Shown here in pieces: positions 38,596 through 47,040 of a stretch of 64,000 nucleotides of DNA (within the stretch, counting starts at the first letter, position 1; each line of letters starts with the position of its first letter). The DNA comes from an uncultured Nitrososphaerota archaeon (GTDB lineage: Archaea; Thermoproteota; EX4484-205; JAAOZP01), in assembly GCA_964416155.1 (NCBI GenBank), contig CAYQCW010000001.1:32001-96000 (forward strand), given 5' to 3'. The notes beneath the pieces were generated by a model. That model searched no databases. It had not been told where the DNA came from and worked only from the letters and a program-made list of their open reading frames with translations. The translations under genes and the position numbers were made by a program.

Positions 38596-39678
38596 ATGCC
38601 GTGTTTTGAAATGACTCTGACATCGCGCGAGAGAGTGTTGATGGTTCTTAAGCATAAAGAAGCCGACAGGATACCGATACACGATAGCCCCTGGGGTGCC
38701 ACTGTCGACAGATGGAGGAGTGAAGGCCTACCCTCCGGCGTTTCACCCGCCGACTACTTTGGCTACGAGCTGGCCGGGTTCTCAGCTGACACTACACCAC
38801 AACTCCCCGTTGAGGTAATAAAGGAGGATGAAGAGTACATAGTTGAAAGAGATTCTTACGGAGGGGTTAGGAGAAACCATAGGGACAGGTCAACCACGCC
38901 AGAGATAATAGATTACCCCTGCAAGAGCAGGGCTGACTGGGAGAAGCTTAAGCCCCGGCTTCAGCCGAGCGACTGGAGGGTTGACTGGGTTTCGACTTTC
39001 AACAACTATCATTACCAGAGGAGCCTAGGCAGGTTCATAACCTATAACGCGGCTGTAGGATACGATAAGATGCAGAGCTACGTAGCCACCGCGAGACTTT
39101 TGAAAGCAATCATAATGGAGCCAGACTGGGTGGTGGATATGTATTGGACTGATGCTAAACTTGCAATGGAAATGTGTGAAAGAATGATGAGGGCCGGGTT
39201 GAAATTTGACGGAGCATTCCTCTTCTGCGACCTGGGCTATAAGAATGGCCTATTATTCTCCCCGAAACACTATGAGAAGCAGCTTCACCCCGTTTTTAAA
39301 GAGCTCTGCAGGTTTTTCCACAGTAGAGACATGCCGGTTCTGCTTCACAGCTGCGGAATGGTTAAGGACCTTATACCTTTCTTCATAGAAGAGGGTATTG
39401 ACTGCTTACAGCCGCTTGAAGTCAAGGCGGGCATGGATCTCGTCGAACTTAAGAACCAGTATGGCGATAAGCTTTGCTTCATGGGCGGAATAGACGTGAG
39501 GCTAATGGCTTTAGACGACCCCGCTCCCCTTGAGGAAGAGATAAAACGGAAAATATCCTTTGCGAAGCAGGGTGGAGGATACATTTATCACTCTGACCAC
39601 TCAATACCGAAAAACGTGAGTTTCGCAAACTATAAGAGAGTTATAGAGCTGGTTAAGAAGCATGGAGCATACGCTTAG
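38596..39678 (+). CDS. URO-D/MtaA-CmuA superfamily protein
   Basis: MTLTSRERV...EADRIPI, CDLGYKNG, HSCG, QPLEVKAGMD and GGYIYHSDHSIP. Start probably ATG 38611. Confidence 0.88.
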   Translation: MPCFEMTLTSRERVLMVLKHKEADRIPIHDSPWGATVDRWRSEGLPSGVSPADYFGYELAGFSADTTPQLPVEVIKEDEEYIVERDSYGGVRRNHRDRSTTPEIIDYPCKSRADWEKLKPRLQPSDWRVDWVSTFNNYHYQRSLGRFITYNAAVGYDKMQSYVATARLLKAIIMEPDWVVDMYWTDAKLAMEMCERMMRAGLKFDGAFLFCDLGYKNGLLFSPKHYEKQLHPVFKELCRFFHSRDMPVLLHSCGMVKDLIPFFIEEGIDCLQPLEVKAGMDLVELKNQYGDKLCFMGGIDVRLMALDDPAPLEEEIKRKISFAKQGGGYIYHSDHSIPKNVSFANYKRVIELVKKHGAYA

Positions 39679-39734
39679 AAATCCCTGAATCGGAAATCAG
39701 GTTAAACTTGAAAGCATAAAGATCCATGCTTTTT

Positions 39735-40976
39735 CTAACGCGCTTCTAATGCAGCCGGCAGGTTTCCCCTCATCCACTGGTTTCCCCTCGCCTCCTCAAG
39801 GGTCTTCAGGTAAAGCTCCCTAGTTCTCTCAGCAATAGACCGCCAATTATATATTTCAGCAACCTTTTTAAAAGCATTCTGCTTTAAACGCTCCGCCGCA
39901 TCAGGATTATCTAGCAGGTAAGAGATCGCGCGGGACAACGAGTCTGAATTGTTAGCCTCCACCTTCAAGCCGTTAACATTATCCTCCACGATCTCTGAGA
40001 GACCCCCTACATCTGAAACTATAATTGGAACCCCGGAAGCCATCGCCTCTAAAGCCACTATGCCGAAAGGCTCGTATAGACTCGGGAATACGGCTATCGA
40101 AGCACACTTGTAGAGCAGTCTAAGAGTAGCGTCATCCACATAGCCGGTGAAATGCGCTTTGGGGAAAATGTTCAGTTGCCCCGCAATCCGCATCAGCTCC
40201 TCTTTATAATACCCCTCTCCAACCACCACCAACTTGGCTTCAGGATGAGAATTCAGCACACTCGGCATCGCGCCTAAAAGCACATTCACCCCTTTCTCCG
40301 GGACGAGTCTCCCAACATAAAGTATTATCTTCTCTTGGTCTGCAGCGTATCTCGACCTGAAGCTTCTCGAGCAAGAATAGCCGTCGAACTGGGTTTTATC
40401 CACACCGTTTGGTATTACTAATATCTTGTCAGGAGGCGTGTTGAAGAACCTCACCACCTCCTCCTTCATGTAGCTACTGCAGCATAATACTTTCCAAGAC
40501 TCATAGGTTAGCCACCACTCTATCTGGTGTATCATTCGTTGGTAATCAGTGTGTAGGCCACGCCGCCTACCCTGCTCGGTTGAGTGTATAGTAGATATAA
40601 GTGGGACTCTGCACAGGTGTTTCATCGATATCGCTGGTTTAGCAACAAGCCAGTCGTGCGCGTGAACAATGTCGATTCCACCCCACTCCCTAACTGTTTT
40701 CACAGCCTCGCGTTCCATATTGATGTTCATAAGGAGAACCCAGGATGCGAAGTCCGACGTCGGCGCAGTATAGGATTCAACCCTTTTCACAGTCATGTTT
40801 CCAAGCTTCTCCGTCTCAGGAGCCCCAGGGTAATTGCACGTTAACAAGATTATCTCTAAACCGATGTTTCGGAGTTGCTCCGTAAGATGCTTGACGTGAG
40901 TAGCTAATCCCCCGATTATCCGCGGAGGATACTCCCAAGACAGCATAAGAACCCTCAGCCTATCCACGCTTCTCAT
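39735..40976 (-). CDS. GT4 glycosyltransferase (glycogen synthase-like)
   Basis: WEYPPRIIGGL, HAHDWL, HSTEQGR, VGRLVPEKG and PSLYEPFGIVALEAM. Confidence 0.9.
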   Translation of the reverse strand: MRSVDRLRVLMLSWEYPPRIIGGLATHVKHLTEQLRNIGLEIILLTCNYPGAPETEKLGNMTVKRVESYTAPTSDFASWVLLMNINMEREAVKTVREWGGIDIVHAHDWLVAKPAISMKHLCRVPLISTIHSTEQGRRRGLHTDYQRMIHQIEWWLTYESWKVLCCSSYMKEEVVRFFNTPPDKILVIPNGVDKTQFDGYSCSRSFRSRYAADQEKIILYVGRLVPEKGVNVLLGAMPSVLNSHPEAKLVVVGEGYYKEELMRIAGQLNIFPKAHFTGYVDDATLRLLYKCASIAVFPSLYEPFGIVALEAMASGVPIIVSDVGGLSEIVEDNVNGLKVEANNSDSLSRAISYLLDNPDAAERLKQNAFKKVAEIYNWRSIAERTRELYLKTLEEARGNQWMRGNLPAALEAR

Positions 40977-41574
40977 AAACCTCCTCGTAAATTCTAATTA
41001 ATTCTTCAACAGCATTCATATCGTTAAAATCCACTAGGTGCAGCTTTTTAACACACCAGGGATATAATGCTCTAATCATACTGTAGGTTGCCACCGAGTG
41101 TGCCACTATGGAGTCTGCAAGACTCGCGGAGAAGGATTCAACCCATTTAATAGTCTGGCCTAGAAGAGAGAGATTAGAATGAGACCTGAGCTCCTCCAGA
41201 GACAGGAAGCTTTGCACGTAGGGAATTGGAACAGCCTCCTTCAATGAAATCAACGGTAAGGCAGAACTCCACTCGAAAGCATGAATTATATCGAAACCCG
41301 GCTGCTCCCACAGCAGGTCGGACAGTATTCTAGTATACTCGCAGCTTAAGCTTGATGCCCAAGTAAAAGGGTTAACGTGGGACCAGACCTTATTGGAAAC
41401 ATAGTATACCTTCATGCCACCTTTCACCTCAAACCCGCTTCTCCAGTCGTCGAAAGCCACAACATTAACATCAAACCCCTTATTCGAAAGAAACCTTGCG
41501 ATAAAACTAACTTGGTTCGAGAGCTCGCCTACTACGCGAGGGGGAAATTCGGTAGTAAGTAGAACAATCTTCAA
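40960..41574 (-). CDS. GT4 N-terminal-domain-only protein
   Basis: TEFPPRVVGEL, IIHAFEW, SLEELRS; no GRL..KG or EPFG motifs; overlaps the downstream GT4 start. Confidence 0.72.
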   Translation of the reverse strand: MKIVLLTTEFPPRVVGELSNQVSFIARFLSNKGFDVNVVAFDDWRSGFEVKGGMKVYYVSNKVWSHVNPFTWASSLSCEYTRILSDLLWEQPGFDIIHAFEWSSALPLISLKEAVPIPYVQSFLSLEELRSHSNLSLLGQTIKWVESFSASLADSIVAHSVATYSMIRALYPWCVKKLHLVDFNDMNAVEELIRIYEEVYEKRG

Positions 41575-41583
41575 TGCTGCGTA

Positions 41584-41844
41584 TCACGAGAACAGGGATT
41601 CTATCTTTATCACGCCCAGACCCGTCAAATGAAACTTATTTTTACCAACCCTATCCTGAAGAGATGCCACGTAGCCCCTACTAACAAGGTCGAATAGCCT
41701 ATGAGTCAATTCCTCTGGCCGTATCATAAGGATCTTAGCAACATCCTCAGCATCCACAGCTTTCCCCGGGTCTACTGCCGCCAAGTTATGAAGCTGCAGA
41801 AGTATCTTTATATCAGTATCCTCGTAAGCACCCGGTTCAGCCAT
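41584..41844 (-). CDS. Small winged-helix protein
   Basis: DIKILLQLH...AEDVAKIL...LFDLVSRGYV...FHLTGLG pattern. Confidence 0.7.
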   Translation of the reverse strand: MAEPGAYEDTDIKILLQLHNLAAVDPGKAVDAEDVAKILMIRPEELTHRLFDLVSRGYVASLQDRVGKNKFHLTGLGVIKIESLFS

Positions 41845-41870
41845 CCACTATACGTCTATTTCAGGCGTTC

Positions 41871-41894
41871 TATTTAAGCATTTAAGCTTAAATA
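41871..41894. promoter_or_regulatory. Palindromic divergent promoter (back-to-back TATA boxes)
   Basis: TATTTAAGC-N6-GCTTAAATA. A TTAAATA lies about 25-27 bp upstream of both ATG 41844 (-) and ATG 41919 (+). Confidence 0.6.
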
Positions 41895-41918
41895 AAATCT
41901 TCTCGTCCCGTATTAAGG

Positions 41919-43184
41919 ATGAAAGGAGTGGTATTATGCTTCGAAGCCCATCAGCCTTACAGAATAAGGCAAAAGATAACAGAGCGAATAGCTTCAAAGC
42001 AAATAGTAAGGTTCAGAGACCTTGAGAAAATATATTTTGACGAGGAGCTTAACAAACAGATATTCAAAAGAGTTTCAGAAAGATGCTACCTGCCGGCTAG
42101 TGAAGTCTTGCTCGATATTATTGATAGGCAGAAGTCTGACGGCAGAGGACTTAGGGTTGCTTTCAGCTTGAGTGGGCTCTTCATAGAACAGGCCAGACAA
42201 TACGATGAAAGAGTGCTTCAAGCCTTCAAGGATCTCTCGGACACGGGTAGAGTTGAATTTTTAGCACAGACCTATTACCACTCGCTTGTAAGCCTCTACT
42301 CGGAGGATAGACCTGAGTTTATAGAGCAGGTTAGAAAACACGTGAATGCTGTAAGCGAGGAATTTAACCAAAAACCCTCCGTCTTCGAAAACACTGAACT
42401 GGTCTATAACAATTCTATAGCCAGAACCGTTGAAAAAATGGGTTTTAAGGCTATTTTCACTGAAGGCGTTGAAAGAATTCTCGGCTGGAGGTCTCCGAAC
42501 TACGTTTATTCTCCAAAAGGAGCATCCGGCTTGAGGCTGCTGCTTAGAAACTATCGGCTCACCGACGACATAGGCTTCAGGTTCTCATCAACCAGGTGGG
42601 AACAGTATCCTTTGACCGCTGAAAAATATGCGTCTTGGCTTGCCGCCACACCTGGAGACTGTGTCAACATATTCATGGATTACGAGACCTTTGGGGAACA
42701 CCACTGGAAGGAGACCGGCATATTTGATTTTCTAAGAGCCCTCCCTGAGAAAATACTTGAATACCAGAACCTTTGTTTCATGCTTCCAAGCGAGATGGTA
42801 GACCGTTTCGACGCGAAGGACGAGATAGATGTTTTCGAGCTTGGCGGAACTGTGTCTTGGGCTGACGAGGAAAAAGATTTGACAGCATGGTTGCAGAACC
42901 CTATGCAAATTTTTCTTTTCGAAAGAATTAAAGCTTTGGAGCCCATAGTAAAGGCTGTTGGAGACAGCGATGCCCTAGAGCTGTGGAGACGGTTCACAAC
43001 CAGCGACTATTACTATTATTTAAGCACTAAAACAGGAGGAGCTGGCGAAGTGCACAATTATTTTAATCCATATCCCAATCCATTGAATGCATACAACAAT
43101 ATGATGGAGGCGCTGCTTGACTTTGAACTTAGAGTCCGAAGGGCGTACAATAGGAAAATTCAAAAGAAGAAAGCCACGTCTTAA
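41919..43184 (+). CDS. GH57 alpha-amylase
   Basis: FEAHQPYR, TYYHSL, NTEL, FMDYETFGEH, SWADEEKD and TSD. Confidence 0.92.
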   Translation: MKGVVLCFEAHQPYRIRQKITERIASKQIVRFRDLEKIYFDEELNKQIFKRVSERCYLPASEVLLDIIDRQKSDGRGLRVAFSLSGLFIEQARQYDERVLQAFKDLSDTGRVEFLAQTYYHSLVSLYSEDRPEFIEQVRKHVNAVSEEFNQKPSVFENTELVYNNSIARTVEKMGFKAIFTEGVERILGWRSPNYVYSPKGASGLRLLLRNYRLTDDIGFRFSSTRWEQYPLTAEKYASWLAATPGDCVNIFMDYETFGEHHWKETGIFDFLRALPEKILEYQNLCFMLPSEMVDRFDAKDEIDVFELGGTVSWADEEKDLTAWLQNPMQIFLFERIKALEPIVKAVGDSDALELWRRFTTSDYYYYLSTKTGGAGEVHNYFNPYPNPLNAYNNMMEALLDFELRVRRAYNRKIQKKKATS

Positions 43185-44221
43185 ACATTGCTAGACGCGT
43201 GAAGAGCTTGGCGCAGTTGAAAAGCAGCCTCCTCCGGCGCCATGATGTTTATATATGCGCCTGACCCGAGCTCGAAGCCGGCGTGTACAGCAACACGTGG
43301 ATACACCTCGACATGCCAGTGAAAACCCCTGTAACCCACAGGTCTTGAGTGAAAAACCATGTTGAATGAAAAATTGCCCAATACTCTTTTGTAGGCAGAA
43401 AAAAGTTCCTTTAAGACTAACGCGAGATCACTGATCTCTTCCACGCTGGATTCAAGGAAAGAGCCAACGTGATGCTTCGGCACAATCCAGCATTCATACG
43501 GGAAAATGCTTGCAAAAGGAGTTATAACCGTAAAGCATTCACCAGCGGACACAAGTCGCCCACCTTCCTGAGCCTCAGTGTTCAATGCACAAAAATAGCA
43601 TTTACCATGAACCTGAATAACCTTTGAGAACGACTCTAACTCTTTTGAGACTAAGGGAGGAACAAATGAGCTTCCTATAATCTGATAATGAGGATGCGCA
43701 ATGGAGGCTCCAGCCTCCTTACCATGATTCTTGAAGATTGCAATATACTTCACATTCTCGTCAGACTCCATAAATCTTCCCCTATCCAGTAGTGCTAGTA
43801 GAGGCAGCTCAATGCTTCTAGGCTCAGCCGTCTCATAGCTCCAGAGATGATTCGGATTCTCAACAACAACCTCGTGATAACCATACGGATTAAAGGATCC
43901 CGGCCTGAAGGATCTTACCCTAGTGTTAAGCGCGGGAAACATGTTGGGAAACACTCTAACAGACCAGTCGCTTCTCCTAAGCCCATTCTCATCAAAGGCC
44001 TTCAGAATGCTTTGCCTGCCCTCCAACACGTATAGAAGACTTGCCTTAGGAGTCTGGCTCTCACGACCAGGGCAGAAGGGACACTCCTTATTATCCTCTT
44101 TCAATTCCTCCCGGTAGAAGTGAGGCCTTTTCCGTCTTCCTCTTGCAACTATAACCATCCTGCCCGTGAAATCGTCGAACCTTACCTCGCTTTCAATCTC
44201 GTCGAAAGACGGGTTAATCAT
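43181..44221 (-). CDS. galT: GalT-like nucleoside-diphosphate-sugar:phosphate nucleotidyltransferase
   Basis: RRKRP, CPFCPGRE, NMFPAL, GYHEVVVE, GASIAHPHYQ (HxHxQ), HWH and GFELGSG. Confidence 0.82.
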   Translation of the reverse strand: MINPSFDEIESEVRFDDFTGRMVIVARGRRKRPHFYREELKEDNKECPFCPGRESQTPKASLLYVLEGRQSILKAFDENGLRRSDWSVRVFPNMFPALNTRVRSFRPGSFNPYGYHEVVVENPNHLWSYETAEPRSIELPLLALLDRGRFMESDENVKYIAIFKNHGKEAGASIAHPHYQIIGSSFVPPLVSKELESFSKVIQVHGKCYFCALNTEAQEGGRLVSAGECFTVITPFASIFPYECWIVPKHHVGSFLESSVEEISDLALVLKELFSAYKRVLGNFSFNMVFHSRPVGYRGFHWHVEVYPRVAVHAGFELGSGAYINIMAPEEAAFQLRQALHASSNV

Positions 44222-44293
44222 AATGGATAAGTCTCTGGATGACTACATAAATCTTGAGGAGTTAAAAATATATAAAGGATAGCTACACGTCTA

Positions 44294-45538
44294 GTGAAGA
44301 ACAGCCTTATGAAGATAGCGTTCATGGTATACGAATACCCGCCATATCTCGTGGGGGGGCTTGGGACATACGCGCAGTACATTACAAAGGAATTCGTGAA
44401 GCTAGAGCATGATGTTACCGTTTTCACCATGCACAGGGGGGCAGCTCAATTGAGAGAAATAGCAGGGGGCGTTGAAATTAGAAGATACCCAACAGTGGAT
44501 GCGAGCGACGTTTTCGCCCCTATAGTGACAGAGGACTTGAAGCACTGGGGCACCTACATAAGGTTCTTCAGCGATATTTTCATCTACAACGTGATGACTG
44601 CATCAGACCTTGTTGCGGAGATTAGGGAGACTAAAATCGACATAATCTCGTTTCACGACTGGCTAAGCTGCATAGGGGCATTAATATCCAGGAAACACAC
44701 AAACATACCAATGGTTTTCCACGTGCATTCAACAGAATGGGGTAGGACTGGAAACGGTTCCCAGGTAATTAAATACTTGGAGGAGAAGGCTGCTTCAATG
44801 GCAGAAAGGATAATTACAGTAAGCCATGCGATGAAAGAGGATCTGGTTAAGCACGGTTGGCCTGAGGATAAGATAAGCGTAGTCTGGAACGGTGTTGATG
44901 CTAACGTTTATAATCCTGATAAATGCAAGCCTGAAAATATAGAAGCAGTTAGAAGCAAGTATAACATAAGTAGGGAAGAGAACATGCTGCTCTTCATAGG
45001 TAGGTTGACTTGGGTTAAAGGCGTTAGAAACCTGATTCAAGCAATGCCCCTGATTCTCAAGGAGCACCCCAATACGAAGTTAGTGATACTTGGAAGAGGA
45101 GAAGAGCAGAGAGACATTGAGGAGTTGACGAGCCGCCTAGGGCTTTCAAACAACGTTTACTATAGGTACGAGTTTATACCGGAAAACGAACGCGTCCTGC
45201 ATTATGCGGCGGCAGATCTGTGCGTGTTTCCAAGCATTTACGAGCCGTTTGGAATAGTTTCGCTTGAGGCTATGGCGATGAAGAAGCCGATTGTCGTTGG
45301 CGCGAGCGGAGTATGCGGGTTTAGGGAACAGGTCATCAGTAGTGGGCCCGACCAAAACGGTGTGCATATAAACGGTAATGATCCTGCGGACATAGCTTGG
45401 GGCGTCAACCTGATCTTATCCGATAAAGAAAAAGGGCTCAAGATGGGTGAAAATGGACGGAGAAGAGTTTTAAACTACTTCACTTGGGATAAAGTGGCTC
45501 AGCAAACCATCAAGATATATGAATCCCTCGTAAAATAA
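44294..45538 (+). CDS. GT4 glycosyltransferase (glycogen synthase-like)
   Basis: YEYPPYLVGGLG, FHDWL, HSTEWGR, GRLTWVKG and PSIYEPFGIVSLEAM. Confidence 0.9.
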   Translation: MKNSLMKIAFMVYEYPPYLVGGLGTYAQYITKEFVKLEHDVTVFTMHRGAAQLREIAGGVEIRRYPTVDASDVFAPIVTEDLKHWGTYIRFFSDIFIYNVMTASDLVAEIRETKIDIISFHDWLSCIGALISRKHTNIPMVFHVHSTEWGRTGNGSQVIKYLEEKAASMAERIITVSHAMKEDLVKHGWPEDKISVVWNGVDANVYNPDKCKPENIEAVRSKYNISREENMLLFIGRLTWVKGVRNLIQAMPLILKEHPNTKLVILGRGEEQRDIEELTSRLGLSNNVYYRYEFIPENERVLHYAAADLCVFPSIYEPFGIVSLEAMAMKKPIVVGASGVCGFREQVISSGPDQNGVHINGNDPADIAWGVNLILSDKEKGLKMGENGRRRVLNYFTWDKVAQQTIKIYESLVK

Positions 45539-45631
45539 GGGCATGGGATCCGCTAGTTTTAGCATGGAGTAAAGGTTATTCTGGAAGATGCTAACCTGCT
45601 AAAATTTTCTAGACGCGGCTAAGTTGTGTTC

Positions 45632-46945
45632 TCACTCCGCCATTTTAACAACGTCCTCATAGCTTTGAAGAAACTTGTTTATGTATATCATGCCGGGAGG
45701 CAGAACTAAGCCCGGGTTCACCCTCGCGTTTATAAGCCTGCAACCCTCACGTATCCTGACGGAGTTCCCAATGGTTGAGAAAGACCCTATACTGGTTGGG
45801 TTTTCTTGCGAGGATTCGACTATAGCCTTTCTCCCTATAATGCTATCAGATATACTTGTATAGTCGCCGATTTTTGCCGAATCCATAATTGCAGACCTCT
45901 CAATAGTTACATGCTCGCCTATGATGCAGAAATTATCTATAGATGAGTCTACGATCCTAGAGTAGTCGCCTATTCTAGTATGCCTCCCGATTAAAACAGC
46001 ACCCTCTAAACCCAGTCTGTTCTCCCTGTGTTTTCTAACTATCTCCTCCCTTCTTTTTACAGATTCTTCACTATAACCCTGGACCCAGATATTCTTTCCG
46101 GGGACAATTCTTTCCTCAGTTATCCTAATGTCTAAGGCTCCTCTAAGAACGTTAACCATGGCCTCCAAATACTTTTCGGGAGAACCCACGTCAAACCAAA
46201 CAGGGATTTCGTAACCGTAAACCGGAAAACCATTGTCGACAAGATACGGGATTAAATCATACCCGAAATCAAGCCTCTTCCTTTCATGCCTAATCCTCAC
46301 CACCTCCTCACTATTCACTATGTTTCTCATCTCCGGAGACAAAAGATATATTCCAGCGTTTGCAAGGTTACTTGGCGCTTGCTCTAGCCTAGGCTTTTCA
46401 ACGAAACGCTTAATCCTGAAATCTTCTCCAAGCTCTGCAACACCATACTCCCCCACGTCCTTAACTCTTGTCAACGCAATACTCATCACAGCATTTCTCT
46501 CCTCATGTCTTCTGACGAAGTCGTTCAAATCCATGTTAAACAGGTTGTCACCCTGCACTACAATAACAGGCTTACGAATATCATAATAATCCATGTTTAT
46601 CCTGTAGGAGTCGGCGCTTCCAAGGTCATCCAGATTAGGCTGATGCTTAATGTGGACTCTAGGCTCAATCCTATATTTTGCTGAGAAGCCTATGCCTTCC
46701 CCATACTGGTCGAAAAGATTAGTATAATTCGTATACCCCATTTCGCCGAATATGAAGTTCCTAACCCCCTGCTCACCCAAGGCGATCATTGAAAATTCTA
46801 TTAGAGGCCTGTTCAGAAACCTTACACACGGCTTAGAAACATCGTGAGAGAGCGGCCTCAACCTTTTAGCCTGACCACCCACCGGTATGAAACAAACCAG
46901 ATCCTGAACCTTCATGCACCTGTATAAGAAGCCGGTAAGGAACAT
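45632..46945 (-). CDS. NDP-sugar pyrophosphorylase (Glc-1-P/Man-1-P nucleotidyltransferase) with LbetaH domain
   Basis: VGGQAKRLRPL...SKP, QGDNL, YGVA, FVEKP, NAGIY and WFDVG; hexapeptide C-terminus. Start probably ATG 46915. Confidence 0.88.
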   Translation of the reverse strand: MFLTGFLYRCMKVQDLVCFIPVGGQAKRLRPLSHDVSKPCVRFLNRPLIEFSMIALGEQGVRNFIFGEMGYTNYTNLFDQYGEGIGFSAKYRIEPRVHIKHQPNLDDLGSADSYRINMDYYDIRKPVIVVQGDNLFNMDLNDFVRRHEERNAVMSIALTRVKDVGEYGVAELGEDFRIKRFVEKPRLEQAPSNLANAGIYLLSPEMRNIVNSEEVVRIRHERKRLDFGYDLIPYLVDNGFPVYGYEIPVWFDVGSPEKYLEAMVNVLRGALDIRITEERIVPGKNIWVQGYSEESVKRREEIVRKHRENRLGLEGAVLIGRHTRIGDYSRIVDSSIDNFCIIGEHVTIERSAIMDSAKIGDYTSISDSIIGRKAIVESSQENPTSIGSFSTIGNSVRIREGCRLINARVNPGLVLPPGMIYINKFLQSYEDVVKMAE

Positions 46946-47040
46946 TTATTCTTAACGGCTAATAGGAAAGTTTAAACCGGCTTTCGCAGCCTTTCAACGG
47001 TTTGAATACGTATTATTCCATCCTTGTTACACCTATTTGT

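Noticed and set aside
13828-39678. URO-D-like and GSA-like genes as a haem/tetrapyrrole pathway (hemE, hemL)
   Set aside because: No hemA/B/C/D nearby, the URO-D-like proteins lack the HemE WxMRQAGR motif, and the context is sugar catabolism.
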